Below, piece after piece: positions 17,149-26,487 of a stretch of 32,000 bases of DNA. The position numbers and the translations under genes were made by a program. The stretch spans positions 197,204 through 229,203 of the forward strand of contig JBHLRO010000005.1 of NCBI GenBank assembly GCA_048882505.1. Direction: 5' to 3'. Below the pieces are notes generated by a model that had not been told where the DNA came from, searched no databases, and was given only the letters and a program-made list of their open reading frames with translations. Position 1 is the first letter of the stretch. Every line of letters starts with the position of its first letter. The stretch comes from Candidatus Thorarchaeota archaeon. GTDB lineage: Archaea > Asgardarchaeota > Heimdallarchaeia > Hodarchaeales > Hodarchaeaceae.

Positions 17149-17277
17149 TCAAGTTTCATCCAAATTCTCTATATTCTGAAGCCTTACCCGTTTCTGTTTT
17201 TTCCCCTGTTTTACTTTTTCTCGTAACCTTCGTTCTTCTCGTATAATTCGTTTTACTCCCTTTCCTTTTCTGGGCAT
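17149..17277 (-). CDS. Small very basic hypothetical protein (42 aa)
   Basis: Not in ORF track. MPRKGKGVKRIIREERRLREKVKQGKKQKRVRLQNIENLDET*; 16 K/R in the first 32 residues; fills an otherwise empty gap and converges on the oxidoreductase stop. Confidence 0.6.
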   Translation of the reverse strand: MPRKGKGVKRIIREERRLREKVKQGKKQKRVRLQNIENLDET

Positions 17278-17638
17278 ATCCAGTTCGCCGTTTTCTTGGT
17301 TTCGTCAGCTTACACTAACATAGAAATACTTCATTCGATGATTTGAAAGCACTCTTGACTTTCAGATAACAAAAAATGGGGGTAATGTTCCAGAGCTGCA
17401 ATTCTTGGTACCTGCGACCAGGTATGACGTCAATACTAACAAACGTTGGGCTTTATGATATCCTGAAAAGATCCAATTTAACTGATTAGAATGTATTAAG
17501 GTTATATAAAATATGATTGGAATACTAGGAAATTTCTAATTCTTCCAATAAGGTTTACATCGCGTATTGTGGATCTTTCACGAGGTGTGGTTTTCCTTAG
17601 AAAAAATTAATGATGGTAGGTCCTACCTTGTAGGTCGC

Positions 17639-17878
17639 CTACTTGTTTGCGAAAAAGTTTGCATTCTTTTCAGTAAAAGAGTGCCACTTTTCGGGAAGTT
17701 CATCTTCATGGAAGATGGCTTCGACTGGACATGCCTCAACACATGCTTCACAGTCTATACATTCTTCAGGGTCAATGTAGTACTGATCGGCGCCTTCTTC
17801 GATACAGTCGACTGGGCAGACTTCAAGGCAATCGGCAGCTTTTTCGTCGATACAAGGTTCGGCTATCACATGAGTCAT
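17639..17878 (-). CDS. fdxA: 7Fe ([3Fe-4S]+[4Fe-4S]) ferredoxin, FdxA type
   Basis: MTHVIAEPCID...C-x-x-x-CPVDCI...YIDPEECIDCEACVEACPVEAIF...W...NANFF. Confidence 0.92.
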   Translation of the reverse strand: MTHVIAEPCIDEKAADCLEVCPVDCIEEGADQYYIDPEECIDCEACVEACPVEAIFHEDELPEKWHSFTEKNANFFANK

Positions 17879-18184
17879 TATTCTTCAACACCTATACTAA
17901 ATCCATTTTTATTGGTTTTTCAATGTGTTTTTTATCGGTTTTGTCTGATGGACGGTTGTGAACTGGCTATTTTAAATATATTCTGCGAAGAATATTAAAA
18001 AAACGATAAAAGATTGAGATTGCTCTCCCCAAATCAAGTCAAAAAGCGAGGAGGACACCAGGTTGGGGAGGGTATTAACTGGGCTTTTAGTGATTTCAAT
18101 TTCAAATGTATTCATGCAATTTTATGGGGAGAGGGGATTTGGTACAAGCCTTACCGCTTGCGGCTCACTCGAATGACAACTATC

Positions 18185-19078
18185 TTAGTAAAATTGCTTC
18201 AAGATCTCTTTTTGATTCCTCAAATTCCTCTTTTGAGATACAAGTGGGCCCCGACGTAAAGTTGGCTCGAAATCCTCGTAAAGCGGACGATCCTCCTGAT
18301 AAAATAATCCGATGGCAATTCTTTCCTCCCACGGCTCTCTTGCATGTGCCATGGCGGCTCCGAAGTCATTTGTATCGTACTCGTTATCCTCGATTTTAAA
18401 GACCCGTTCTTTGAAGAAATCGTATGTCGCCATCTTTTGAAAAGTTACACAAGGAGAGATTACATCGATGTATGAGAATCCTCGATGTTTAATCCCCTCT
18501 GCAACTAGGTTGGCCAGATGCGTTCTTTCACCAGAAAAGCCTCGTGCAACAAAACTGGCCCCCGCCGCGAGGGCTACCGCAATGGGATTTAATGGGAGTT
18601 CATGGAGTGAATAATTTCCTGGAGTTGATTTGGTAACCAATCCCTCTCTTGAAGTGGGAGAAGCTTGTCCCGTGGTCAACCCATAGATTTCATTATTCAT
18701 TACGATATAAGTTATATTAACGTTTCTTCTGCATGCATGAACAAAATGTCCCGCTCCTATACCGTAACCATCCCCATCTCCTCCAGCTACAATTGTTGTA
18801 AGTTCGTGATTTGCTAATTGGATTCCCATGCCCACGGGAAGTGCACGACCATGAAGTGCGTGTACCCCGTAGCTCGAGAGAAAATGGGGAAAATTTGAAC
18901 TACATCCTATACCTGATACCACAACAATATTACGTGGGGGAATTTGGAGCTCCCTCATGGCTTCAAGTGTCCCTCTTAAAACACCAAAATCACCACAACC
19001 AGGACACCAAGTGGGTTTAACATCCGATTGAAAGTCCTTTAAATCGAGATGGCTTTCTACTACTTCTACACTCATCAT
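18185..19078 (-). CDS. korB: 2-oxoacid:ferredoxin oxidoreductase beta subunit
   Basis: WCPGCGDFG, SGIGCSS, HGRALP, GDGDG, NNEIYGLTTGQASPT, SPCVTF. Substrate specificity not determinable. Confidence 0.95.
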   Translation of the reverse strand: MMSVEVVESHLDLKDFQSDVKPTWCPGCGDFGVLRGTLEAMRELQIPPRNIVVVSGIGCSSNFPHFLSSYGVHALHGRALPVGMGIQLANHELTTIVAGGDGDGYGIGAGHFVHACRRNVNITYIVMNNEIYGLTTGQASPTSREGLVTKSTPGNYSLHELPLNPIAVALAAGASFVARGFSGERTHLANLVAEGIKHRGFSYIDVISPCVTFQKMATYDFFKERVFKIEDNEYDTNDFGAAMAHAREPWEERIAIGLFYQEDRPLYEDFEPTLRRGPLVSQKRNLRNQKEILKQFY

Positions 19079-20826
19079 TATTCGAGAACCTCCTGCTTAA
19101 CAAAATCAACTATCTCTTTTGGTGACAAATAATCTCCATCATACTTATTGTAACTGTAGTCAATTTTAATACTTGTTTCAGCTGAGATATGCCGCTTCAT
19201 CTGTCCACTATAATTTCCCTCAACTATAACAATTTTTTTAGCATTTTGAAGAAAATTGGCGAGCTTATCTTTGTTAAAAGGAACGATGCTTCTTATATGT
19301 AGGCTATTTACTCTGACGCCATTGGAATTTAGAATGTCGACTGCCTCTTGAATCGCTCCTGTAGATGAACCCCAACCGATGATCGTGATTTCCGAGTTCG
19401 GAGGGCCATAGGTCTCTGGGGGTCGCAATTCTCTACCGAGGAATTCCAGTTTTCTGCCCCGTTTCTCCATCATTTGTTTTCTGATGATGAATTGTTCCGG
19501 AAGACCAGCTCTAACATCGGAAATAAGGTCCCCTTTTTCATCATGCTCGTCGGATCCTGCGATAAATTCATATCCAGATTCTCCAGGGATTGATCTCGGT
19601 GAGACACCGTTTTCCGTGTCTGATTTATAACGAAGATAATCATTTTGCCCGTTTGGTGCCAAACGTTCATAAACTTCAGGTTCTAGATTCACTTCTTCAA
19701 TGGTTTCATAGTGTTCTGATAAATAGAGATCTGACATTACAATGATAGGTATTTGATACCTTTCTGCAAGATTTAATGCTTCGACAATTGTATCATAGGC
19801 ATCCGCAACATTTAATGGCGCGAAAATCGCCTTTGGGAAATCACCTTGAGATGCACCGAATACCTGATTTAGGTCCCCTTGTTCTGTCTTGGTTGGAAGT
19901 CCCGTTGAAGGGCCACCCCTCATACTGGTAACAACAACCAGCGGAGTTTCAATCATCCCGGCAAAACCGATGGCCTCTGTCATAAGAGCAAAACCTCCTC
20001 CTGAAGTTCCACACATTGCTTTAACACCCGCAAAAGACGCGCCTATTGTAGAATTAACTACTCCCAATTCGTCTTCCACTTGCTTTACCACCATTCTATA
20101 TTCGTTTGCGTGTGCTGCCAGAAAATGTAAGATCGAAGTTGCAGGCGTCATTGGGTAAGCAGCATAATATTGTAATCCTGCTGCCATTGCTCCAAGCCCG
20201 ATTGCTTGATTTCCTGAAATGAACATGCGCGGAGATCCCCCAAATTGTACTGAGTGTTGAAACAATGGCAGTCCAGAACCTAATTGATAACCACGTTCAG
20301 CTGCGCCCAGGTTTATCTTGATAATCTCTTCCCCCTTTTTTTGGAATTGTTCCCTTAACATTTCGTTAAAATATCCTGATTCGATATTAAGTACCTTTAA
20401 TACAGCACCAATTGCCACAGTATTCTGTAAAATGGTCATTCTCCGACCAAATTCCTTGGCCGTTTCAATCAAGGGTAATGGACATAGATTGATATCCTTG
20501 GGGAGATCTTCTGCATTAGGTTTAACTTTTTTCTCATCATAAATCAATAAACCTCCTGGCTGCAATTCACGTCCATAGGTATTGGCCGCCAAGGTCGTTA
20601 GAGCTATTAAAAAATCAATGCCTTGACCTTGGCTTTTGATAGGTCGGTTAGAAGCCCTTATATTCCATCCGACAAGACCACCTCGGATCACTGATTGGTA
20701 GAAGTTTAGTCCGTGGACATAAAGGCCCAGTCTAGAACAGATTTTCCCAAAAGTTTCTCCTGCTGATGCCACTCCGTCTCCAGCAGCTCCACCAATTCGA
20801 ATGATGAATTCATTTTTACCTGACAT
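19078..20826 (-). CDS. korA: 2-oxoacid:ferredoxin oxidoreductase alpha subunit (gamma-alpha fusion)
   Basis: GGAAGDGV, YPMTPAT, QVEDE, TSGGGFALM, RGGPSTGLPTKTEQGD; stop overlaps the korB start. Confidence 0.95.
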   Translation of the reverse strand: MSGKNEFIIRIGGAAGDGVASAGETFGKICSRLGLYVHGLNFYQSVIRGGLVGWNIRASNRPIKSQGQGIDFLIALTTLAANTYGRELQPGGLLIYDEKKVKPNAEDLPKDINLCPLPLIETAKEFGRRMTILQNTVAIGAVLKVLNIESGYFNEMLREQFQKKGEEIIKINLGAAERGYQLGSGLPLFQHSVQFGGSPRMFISGNQAIGLGAMAAGLQYYAAYPMTPATSILHFLAAHANEYRMVVKQVEDELGVVNSTIGASFAGVKAMCGTSGGGFALMTEAIGFAGMIETPLVVVTSMRGGPSTGLPTKTEQGDLNQVFGASQGDFPKAIFAPLNVADAYDTIVEALNLAERYQIPIIVMSDLYLSEHYETIEEVNLEPEVYERLAPNGQNDYLRYKSDTENGVSPRSIPGESGYEFIAGSDEHDEKGDLISDVRAGLPEQFIIRKQMMEKRGRKLEFLGRELRPPETYGPPNSEITIIGWGSSTGAIQEAVDILNSNGVRVNSLHIRSIVPFNKDKLANFLQNAKKIVIVEGNYSGQMKRHISAETSIKIDYSYNKYDGDYLSPKEIVDFVKQEVLE

Positions 20827-20916
20827 TATTTCAACCCTATAATATTTGAATGTTATTTCTTCGTTTTGCTAGTAATTGTCCATATGCCCATTTTTGAGGC
20901 GGCCGCGATCATTTTT

Positions 20917-21285
20917 TTATGATTTCGAGATCCATTCGGCTTCTGGCGTGATATTCCGTTCTGGAGTTTTTCCTGGGCCGTCCCAACCTTTCTCGCTTAC
21001 AAAGTATTTAGGACTGACTTCCATATCCTGCTCACACAAAATCTGACATGACAGCCTGACCTGGCCTTTAAGTCCACGATCCTCTAGTCTCTCAAGTTCA
21101 GCCTTTGTCATTTTCCCTGGCTCGCCAGAATGAATTTCTACCCGGCAAGTGGTGCAACGAGCGAATCCACCACACCTATGTCCTATATCGATACCTGCAC
21201 GTTCAACTGCCAAAACCAATCTTTCATTTGGCGCTGCTTCTATCCTTTTTTTCGTTCCGTGCTTAAAGATAGTTATTGTGGGCAT
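20917..21285 (-). CDS. [2Fe-2S] ferredoxin
   Basis: HRCGGFARCTTCRV...RLSCQ (C-x5-C-x2-C...C). Confidence 0.9.
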   Translation of the reverse strand: MPTITIFKHGTKKRIEAAPNERLVLAVERAGIDIGHRCGGFARCTTCRVEIHSGEPGKMTKAELERLEDRGLKGQVRLSCQILCEQDMEVSPKYFVSEKGWDGPGKTPERNITPEAEWISKS

Positions 21286-21357
21286 TTTATTTCATGAAAT
21301 GGTGAATAGTCCGATAATAAGTAGATGTTTCTCTGAAAATAGTATCGAATAACAAGA

Positions 21358-21828
21358 TCAACTCGGTGCCCTAAAAGAAACTGTTTCCGTTACTTTGCCA
21401 TAAATTCCTACAGTTGTGAATTTTGATGGAGTAATCTCGATTAAAACAGATTCTTTGATCTCATCCCGTACAAGACGGCGAATTAACCTTCTAGAGAACC
21501 AGCTGTGAAGTGAAGCAAATTCATTAACCTTTTCCACGCTTAAAGTACAAATCTTTGCCGTTCCTTTTATATAAATGACATGGGGAATCCTAAAGAGACC
21601 TGTTTTATCTGCTATCAGCCAGACGTTGGGATTGTTTTGGATATTTTGTACCTTTTTCCTTTTTTTATGCGATATAATTAATATTTTCCAATCTTCTGTT
21701 ATCCTCGGTAGAACAATGGTTGTTTGAGGTATATCTTTCCAGCTCGTGGTCAAAGAATAGAAATAAACGGACTTCAATATCTTTTTGATCCGATCCTTTT
21801 GCTTGGGTGACATTTCTTGCACAAACAA
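21358..21828 (-). CDS. Pyridoxamine 5'-phosphate oxidase-like (FMN/F420-binding split barrel) protein
   Basis: K-V-x-N-I-x-x-NP-x-V motif, KG-x-A, C-terminal VLIEITP-x-K. Confidence 0.7.
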   Translation of the reverse strand: MFVQEMSPKQKDRIKKILKSVYFYSLTTSWKDIPQTTIVLPRITEDWKILIISHKKRKKVQNIQNNPNVWLIADKTGLFRIPHVIYIKGTAKICTLSVEKVNEFASLHSWFSRRLIRRLVRDEIKESVLIEITPSKFTTVGIYGKVTETVSFRAPS

Positions 21829-22129
21829 CCACCTACTTTTGCTATTCAGAAAATGACTAGATTCTTATCCTTTTTACCTTTTTTTCATATTTGGATTATG
21901 CAACATTTACACGTGTGGATAGGCCTCAGTTCGCATCGAATTCCCGTTTATCATAGAAAGATTAAGATTATTCAATCTAGAAGGTTTTTCACTTTGATAC
22001 CCGGAAAAGGATGGAGGCCTGACATGTTCGGAAAAATCCCAATGGATTAAGCTTATCCTTTTAAGTAATGATTTTCGATCGTATTGGAACAAAAAGATAT
22101 CTTCTGTGAAATATGGAATCTGATTACCG

Positions 22130-22753
22130 ATGTCCATTTGGTTTTGGTTTAGTGTGATTGGCGAAATTGCCATTCTTCCGCTCTACGTTCTATCTTTGGA
22201 ACACCAAAAGCTTTCGGACAAGTTTGGAGATACTAAAGGTAAAATCCTAGGGGATATATTGGGTATAGTTTCAGGATGGGGTTTTTTCGTTTTTTTGATT
22301 GGGATCTGGGTCACTCCCCAGCCAAGGTTTACAATACCGTTCCCCCTCGAATTTTCATTCACCATCCCAGTTATTGAACTGGAAATCCCCCTTATCCACA
22401 TGGCAACATCCTTACCGTTAATTCTAGTGGTTTTGTTGATTGCCTTAACAGGGGTCTCTGAAATGGGTTTGAAGGTAGCAGAAACTCATAGAGCCGCAGA
22501 AATCATAGATTCGGGTATATATTCTCATATTAGGCATCCTCAATATGTTGGGGCATTCCTTGCTCATTTAGCCCTGTCAATTTTGTTTTCTTCATTTTAT
22601 TCACTACTCATAACCCCTTTCATAGGTGGGTACCTCTATTTTCTCGTTTGGAAAGAAGAGAAGGAATTATTGAAGGAATTCGGCAGTACTTATGAGGCCT
22701 ACCAATCTAGGGTTCCCAAATTTTTCCCAATAACAAGAAAGAGGAAGATTTGA
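22130..22753 (+). CDS. ICMT/PEMT-family membrane methyltransferase
   Basis: SGIYSHIRHPQY and EE-x-x-L-x-x-x-FG-x-x-Y-x-x-Y-x-x-RVPKFFP; several TM helices. Confidence 0.87.
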   Translation: MSIWFWFSVIGEIAILPLYVLSLEHQKLSDKFGDTKGKILGDILGIVSGWGFFVFLIGIWVTPQPRFTIPFPLEFSFTIPVIELEIPLIHMATSLPLILVVLLIALTGVSEMGLKVAETHRAAEIIDSGIYSHIRHPQYVGAFLAHLALSILFSSFYSLLITPFIGGYLYFLVWKEEKELLKEFGSTYEAYQSRVPKFFPITRKRKI

Positions 22754-22882
22754 GATTATTGAACATTTAGAATGATCCAATAAGGGATTCATTACATTAA
22801 CATCTGTGAAAAACGAGGATTGTGATCACATTACGTTCATATTGGAATGTTTCGTTTTTTTGGAATAATCCACACGGAATAG

Positions 22883-22916
22883 ACTCCCTTTACTTTTTTC
22901 GGAGAGAAGGGGGAGT
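22883..22916 (+). terminator. Stem-loop downstream of the methyltransferase gene
   Basis: ACTCCCT/GGGGAGT outer stem and CTTTTTT/AGAGAAG inner stem, with T-rich sequence shortly after. Confidence 0.3.
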
Positions 22917-23056
22917 TAAATTGAACATATGAGACAGTTTTTTTTTCAATAACCTGTGAAAATCGTAAAATCACTAATTCTTTTCTATTGTTTATTTAAC
23001 AATTTAAAATAGGGTAAATGTTTATTAGTTGAAATAATAATGCTAATTCAAACTAA

Positions 23057-23695
23057 ATGAGGTTAGTTAAATTGCGAAAAAGGTATAATATCTTAACTAT
23101 GGGTATATTTCTATTCTTAATTACTTTAATCGTTTTTTCGCCGTTCACAATTGTTGGTGTGAACGAGAATACCTCCATACAAATTCGTACCTTACCTGAA
23201 AATCAGTTCAGTGTTACCCAATTAAGCTTACTCCCTGATACTACATATACTATCTATTTTTGGAACCCCGTTGAAAATCACTTTCATAACCTGATAATAG
23301 CCACTGACGGAAGAACGATTACCCCCGAAATCGCTGTTCTAGGTCCCATCGGTACTGATCTTGTCATTGGTAAAACTGATTTATCGATCGTAACCGACGA
23401 GGACTTTGGAGGGCCAGATAAGGGTATTGTCGGCTCTGTAACATGGACTACGCCCAAAGACAGCATGTACGTGAGTTTCTTCTGCTCCTGTCCCGGACAC
23501 TTCGGGGCCGGAATGAAAGGTTATTTTACAGTTGGCAATCCAGTCGGCCCCCCTCCCTTTAAAGAGACGGCGACCGTAAGTGAACTTATTTTCGCCTTAA
23601 CTTCCGTTCTGGTAGCCGTTTTGGCTTTACCAGTGATTGCATTAGCTATTGCTCTTCCACTGGATCGTAAATTCAAGCCTATTACGCCAGCGTAA
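23057..23695 (+). CDS. Membrane-anchored cupredoxin (type-1 blue copper; plastocyanin/auracyanin-like)
   Basis: HNL...FFCSCPGHFGAGMKG gives the H...C-x4-H-x4-M ligand set; N-terminal signal/TM and C-terminal TM helix. Confidence 0.88.
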   Translation: MRLVKLRKRYNILTMGIFLFLITLIVFSPFTIVGVNENTSIQIRTLPENQFSVTQLSLLPDTTYTIYFWNPVENHFHNLIIATDGRTITPEIAVLGPIGTDLVIGKTDLSIVTDEDFGGPDKGIVGSVTWTTPKDSMYVSFFCSCPGHFGAGMKGYFTVGNPVGPPPFKETATVSELIFALTSVLVAVLALPVIALAIALPLDRKFKPITPA

Positions 23696-23830
23696 TAGGT
23701 TAATTTCCTCCTTATCAAATTTTACGATAATTTGAATTCAGCTCCCCCAAATTATACGTATTAAAACGTGTTATTTGGGATGATGGGGAAGCCATTGATC
23801 TCGAACTTGAAAGTGTTTTATCTGATCCTG

Positions 23831-24154
23831 TTAATCAACCATTTCACCTTCGAGATCATACCCTGCTTTTTGCCACGCCTCCAAACCTCCCGCAAATCGA
23901 CGTAAATTTTTGAATCCTGCTTTTTCCAATGAGATGTATGCCACTTGACTTGCCGAACACTCTGGGTTTGAACAATAAACCACGATTTCGTCATCTTTGC
24001 TAAGATATTGGGGAGCCTCTTCTGGATTGTGCACGGAAATAGAACCAGGGATGTGCATTGCTCTAAAATACCAATCTCCCAGAGTAAAAACTAGTTTAAA
24101 ACTATCTCCGTTATCCAATTTTTCCTTTAGTTCATTAGTAGAAATCGTTTTCAT
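23831..24154 (-). CDS. Single-domain rhodanese-like sulfurtransferase
   Basis: HIPGS, IVVYCSNPECSAS, L-x-x-AGF-x-N...GGLEAW; no signal peptide. Confidence 0.92.
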   Translation of the reverse strand: MKTISTNELKEKLDNGDSFKLVFTLGDWYFRAMHIPGSISVHNPEEAPQYLSKDDEIVVYCSNPECSASQVAYISLEKAGFKNLRRFAGGLEAWQKAGYDLEGEMVD

Positions 24155-24307
24155 GTTTATTTCCTCTTCTTAACAGTATCACAAGATTCCCCTTTAAGTT
24201 TGGGCAGTTTTAACTAACTTTTTCTATCTAACTATGGATTCCCGCCATACGTGAGAGGAATTCTGGACGAAGGTAGGCTTCTATGTACCTTAAAAATCTG
24301 ACTTTAT

Positions 24308-24478
24308 CTATTCTCGTAGTTCGGTTACAGAGTACCAATAGGGGACAGGGCCACGACCTGAATTCCAAAAGAATTGCTTTTTTGGCTCCCAACAAGCAAT
24401 GTATGTTTCTTGGGGGTTTATAGATTCAGGCATTGAGAAAGAGTATTCTTCTAGCGCTTTTATTAGCTGATAAGCCAT
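24308..24478 (-). CDS. Possible small protein or gene remnant (56 aa)
   Basis: MAYQLIKALEEYSFSMPESINPQETYIACWEPKKQFFWNSGRGPVPYWYSVTELRE*; the same frame stays open for about 43 codons upstream beyond one TAA. Confidence 0.25.
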   Translation of the reverse strand: MAYQLIKALEEYSFSMPESINPQETYIACWEPKKQFFWNSGRGPVPYWYSVTELRE

Positions 24479-24744
24479 CTTTTAGATTGTGGAATGTTTC
24501 CTGCTAATGTTGAAATCGAACGTTTTTTCACATTCTTCCATATCATCACTGAAGATCAAGCAATAAGCCTCCCGCGTTGTATTACGAAAGTCAATTCGTA
24601 CAACTGTGAATACTTAATATATAAACCATTGTGAATGCGTAAAACGTAACTTTCCAAGGAAACTCTTATAAAAATCCAGAGAATACCGAATTTTAGTTAT
24701 TACAATGAAAACACTGTATTCCTCTGTAAGCTGGTTTAAAGTTC

Positions 24745-26460
24745 ATGCGTCAACCTAATTTACAACTTAAACGGAAAAGTAACTTTTTCCTGTTTTTTAT
24801 TTTTTTACTTTTAATAGTTGGAAAACCCGATTCTGCGGTACTAGCATATCCTAACCATGGTTTTCCTCCTTTATCAGGGTATGTTTCAGTTCCATACGTT
24901 GCTTCAAGCGAGGTTGTAATTGATGGAACTGTTATGAGCAACGAATACCCAGTACGACTTGAGGATTCGCACGAGCTTACAGGAATTGTTGTTTCTCTTA
25001 GTCACAACGGCTCAGATTTATTTGTTGCTTTGGAAAGCCCATCAAAAGGATGGGTCGGCATAGGATTTGGGCCCAAGGGGGTTCCGATGGACGGATCCAA
25101 CATCATCATGGGATACGTAGCAGATAATGGAACATTTGTTATCGAGGATCATTACGGGCTGGGCATACAGCACTTTTCTGATATTGATGCTGGAGGAACC
25201 GATAACATTGGGGCAGCGGCAGGCACGGAGAATGAGACGTTTACCGTTATCGAATTCATCTTTCCCATCTCATCAGGGGATAGTTATGATCATTCTTGGG
25301 TTTTGGGTCAGGAAAACGGTTTTTTCCTCGCAAACCATCCAACAGCTGACAATATGGCCAGCTATCATCCAGAACATTCCAATCTCATTACGATTAAACT
25401 TGAAACTACTTCTGTTATTATGCCATTGGTCACCAATCCGATTGTTTCTGTTGATGGCTTGATCGGCCAAAATGAATACGAATCATCTGTTTTGGATCCG
25501 TTAACTGAGATTACTGTCTACTTAGAACACAATAACACTGATATGTTTATTGGGCTGATTTCACCTCCAGGCCATAGTGGTTGGCTAGGTATTGGTTTCG
25601 GACCCCAGAATGCTCATAAAAATGGATCTAATATAATTATTGGTTTTGTCAACGCTTCAGGGGTTCATGTAAGTGACGATTACGGAGAACCAGGTGATCA
25701 TCATCCTGATACGTCTGCCAATGGAACCTTTGATATAAAGGCTAGTGCCGGAACCGAGAATTCAAGTCATACCATAATCGAATTTATTTTTCCATTAAAT
25801 TCCTCAGATATCCCATTGGACCATGCCTATGCCGTCAATTCAACGTATGGGTTTTTCGTTTCTCACAACCGAACGGCCGATGACTTTGTCAGCATGCACC
25901 CAGAACATTCTATTACATACGACCTTTATGTATCTCCGTTTGAAACTTTAGAAATAAGCACAATGGTTTCAGCCGCAGATACGGACGGAACTCCGATCAC
26001 AACTGGAGGGGAGCTTCCTCAAGGAACTAGAATTATCCTTACTGCGAATTTCAATGTTCTAGAGGGTGGTGATCCGGATCTCATGGATGGGAGACGTGTC
26101 AATCTATACCTGAACTTTTCTTTCGGAAGAATGTTATTAGCATCAAACATTACCAATACAGACAGTAAGGCCATATTTGTTTATGATTTAGAAAGAGTAG
26201 CAGGTCTTATCAATTTCATAGTAGAATTTCCAGGAGCCACGGTTGGAACCAAAATACTTGCGCAAGACGAAGGATACTTCACCATTAATTTGATTCCTGA
26301 AGAACATATCGAGGAGTTTATTTGGTTTGATGATCCAAATATTTTTGGTGCTGTATCGGCTGGCGCATTGTTTCTTGTTGTTTGTGTTTTTTGCATTTAT
26401 GGATATGTGGTCTATAACGCAGTACGAATAAGATCTGATAAAAAGGCATACGAAACATAA
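24745..26460 (+). CDS. Secreted, C-terminally membrane-anchored protein with two DOMON domains plus an Ig-like stalk
   Basis: Signal peptide; two repeats offset by 177 aa: GWVGIGFGP-x4-MDGSNIIMG...YHPEH and GWLGIGFGP-x4-KNGSNIIIG...MHPEH; 13 N-x-S/T sequons; TM at about aa 534-558. Confidence 0.87.
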   Translation: MRQPNLQLKRKSNFFLFFIFLLLIVGKPDSAVLAYPNHGFPPLSGYVSVPYVASSEVVIDGTVMSNEYPVRLEDSHELTGIVVSLSHNGSDLFVALESPSKGWVGIGFGPKGVPMDGSNIIMGYVADNGTFVIEDHYGLGIQHFSDIDAGGTDNIGAAAGTENETFTVIEFIFPISSGDSYDHSWVLGQENGFFLANHPTADNMASYHPEHSNLITIKLETTSVIMPLVTNPIVSVDGLIGQNEYESSVLDPLTEITVYLEHNNTDMFIGLISPPGHSGWLGIGFGPQNAHKNGSNIIIGFVNASGVHVSDDYGEPGDHHPDTSANGTFDIKASAGTENSSHTIIEFIFPLNSSDIPLDHAYAVNSTYGFFVSHNRTADDFVSMHPEHSITYDLYVSPFETLEISTMVSAADTDGTPITTGGELPQGTRIILTANFNVLEGGDPDLMDGRRVNLYLNFSFGRMLLASNITNTDSKAIFVYDLERVAGLINFIVEFPGATVGTKILAQDEGYFTINLIPEEHIEEFIWFDDPNIFGAVSAGALFLVVCVFCIYGYVVYNAVRIRSDKKAYET

Positions 26461-26487
26461 TAGGATATATTGGAGGAAATAGGATTC

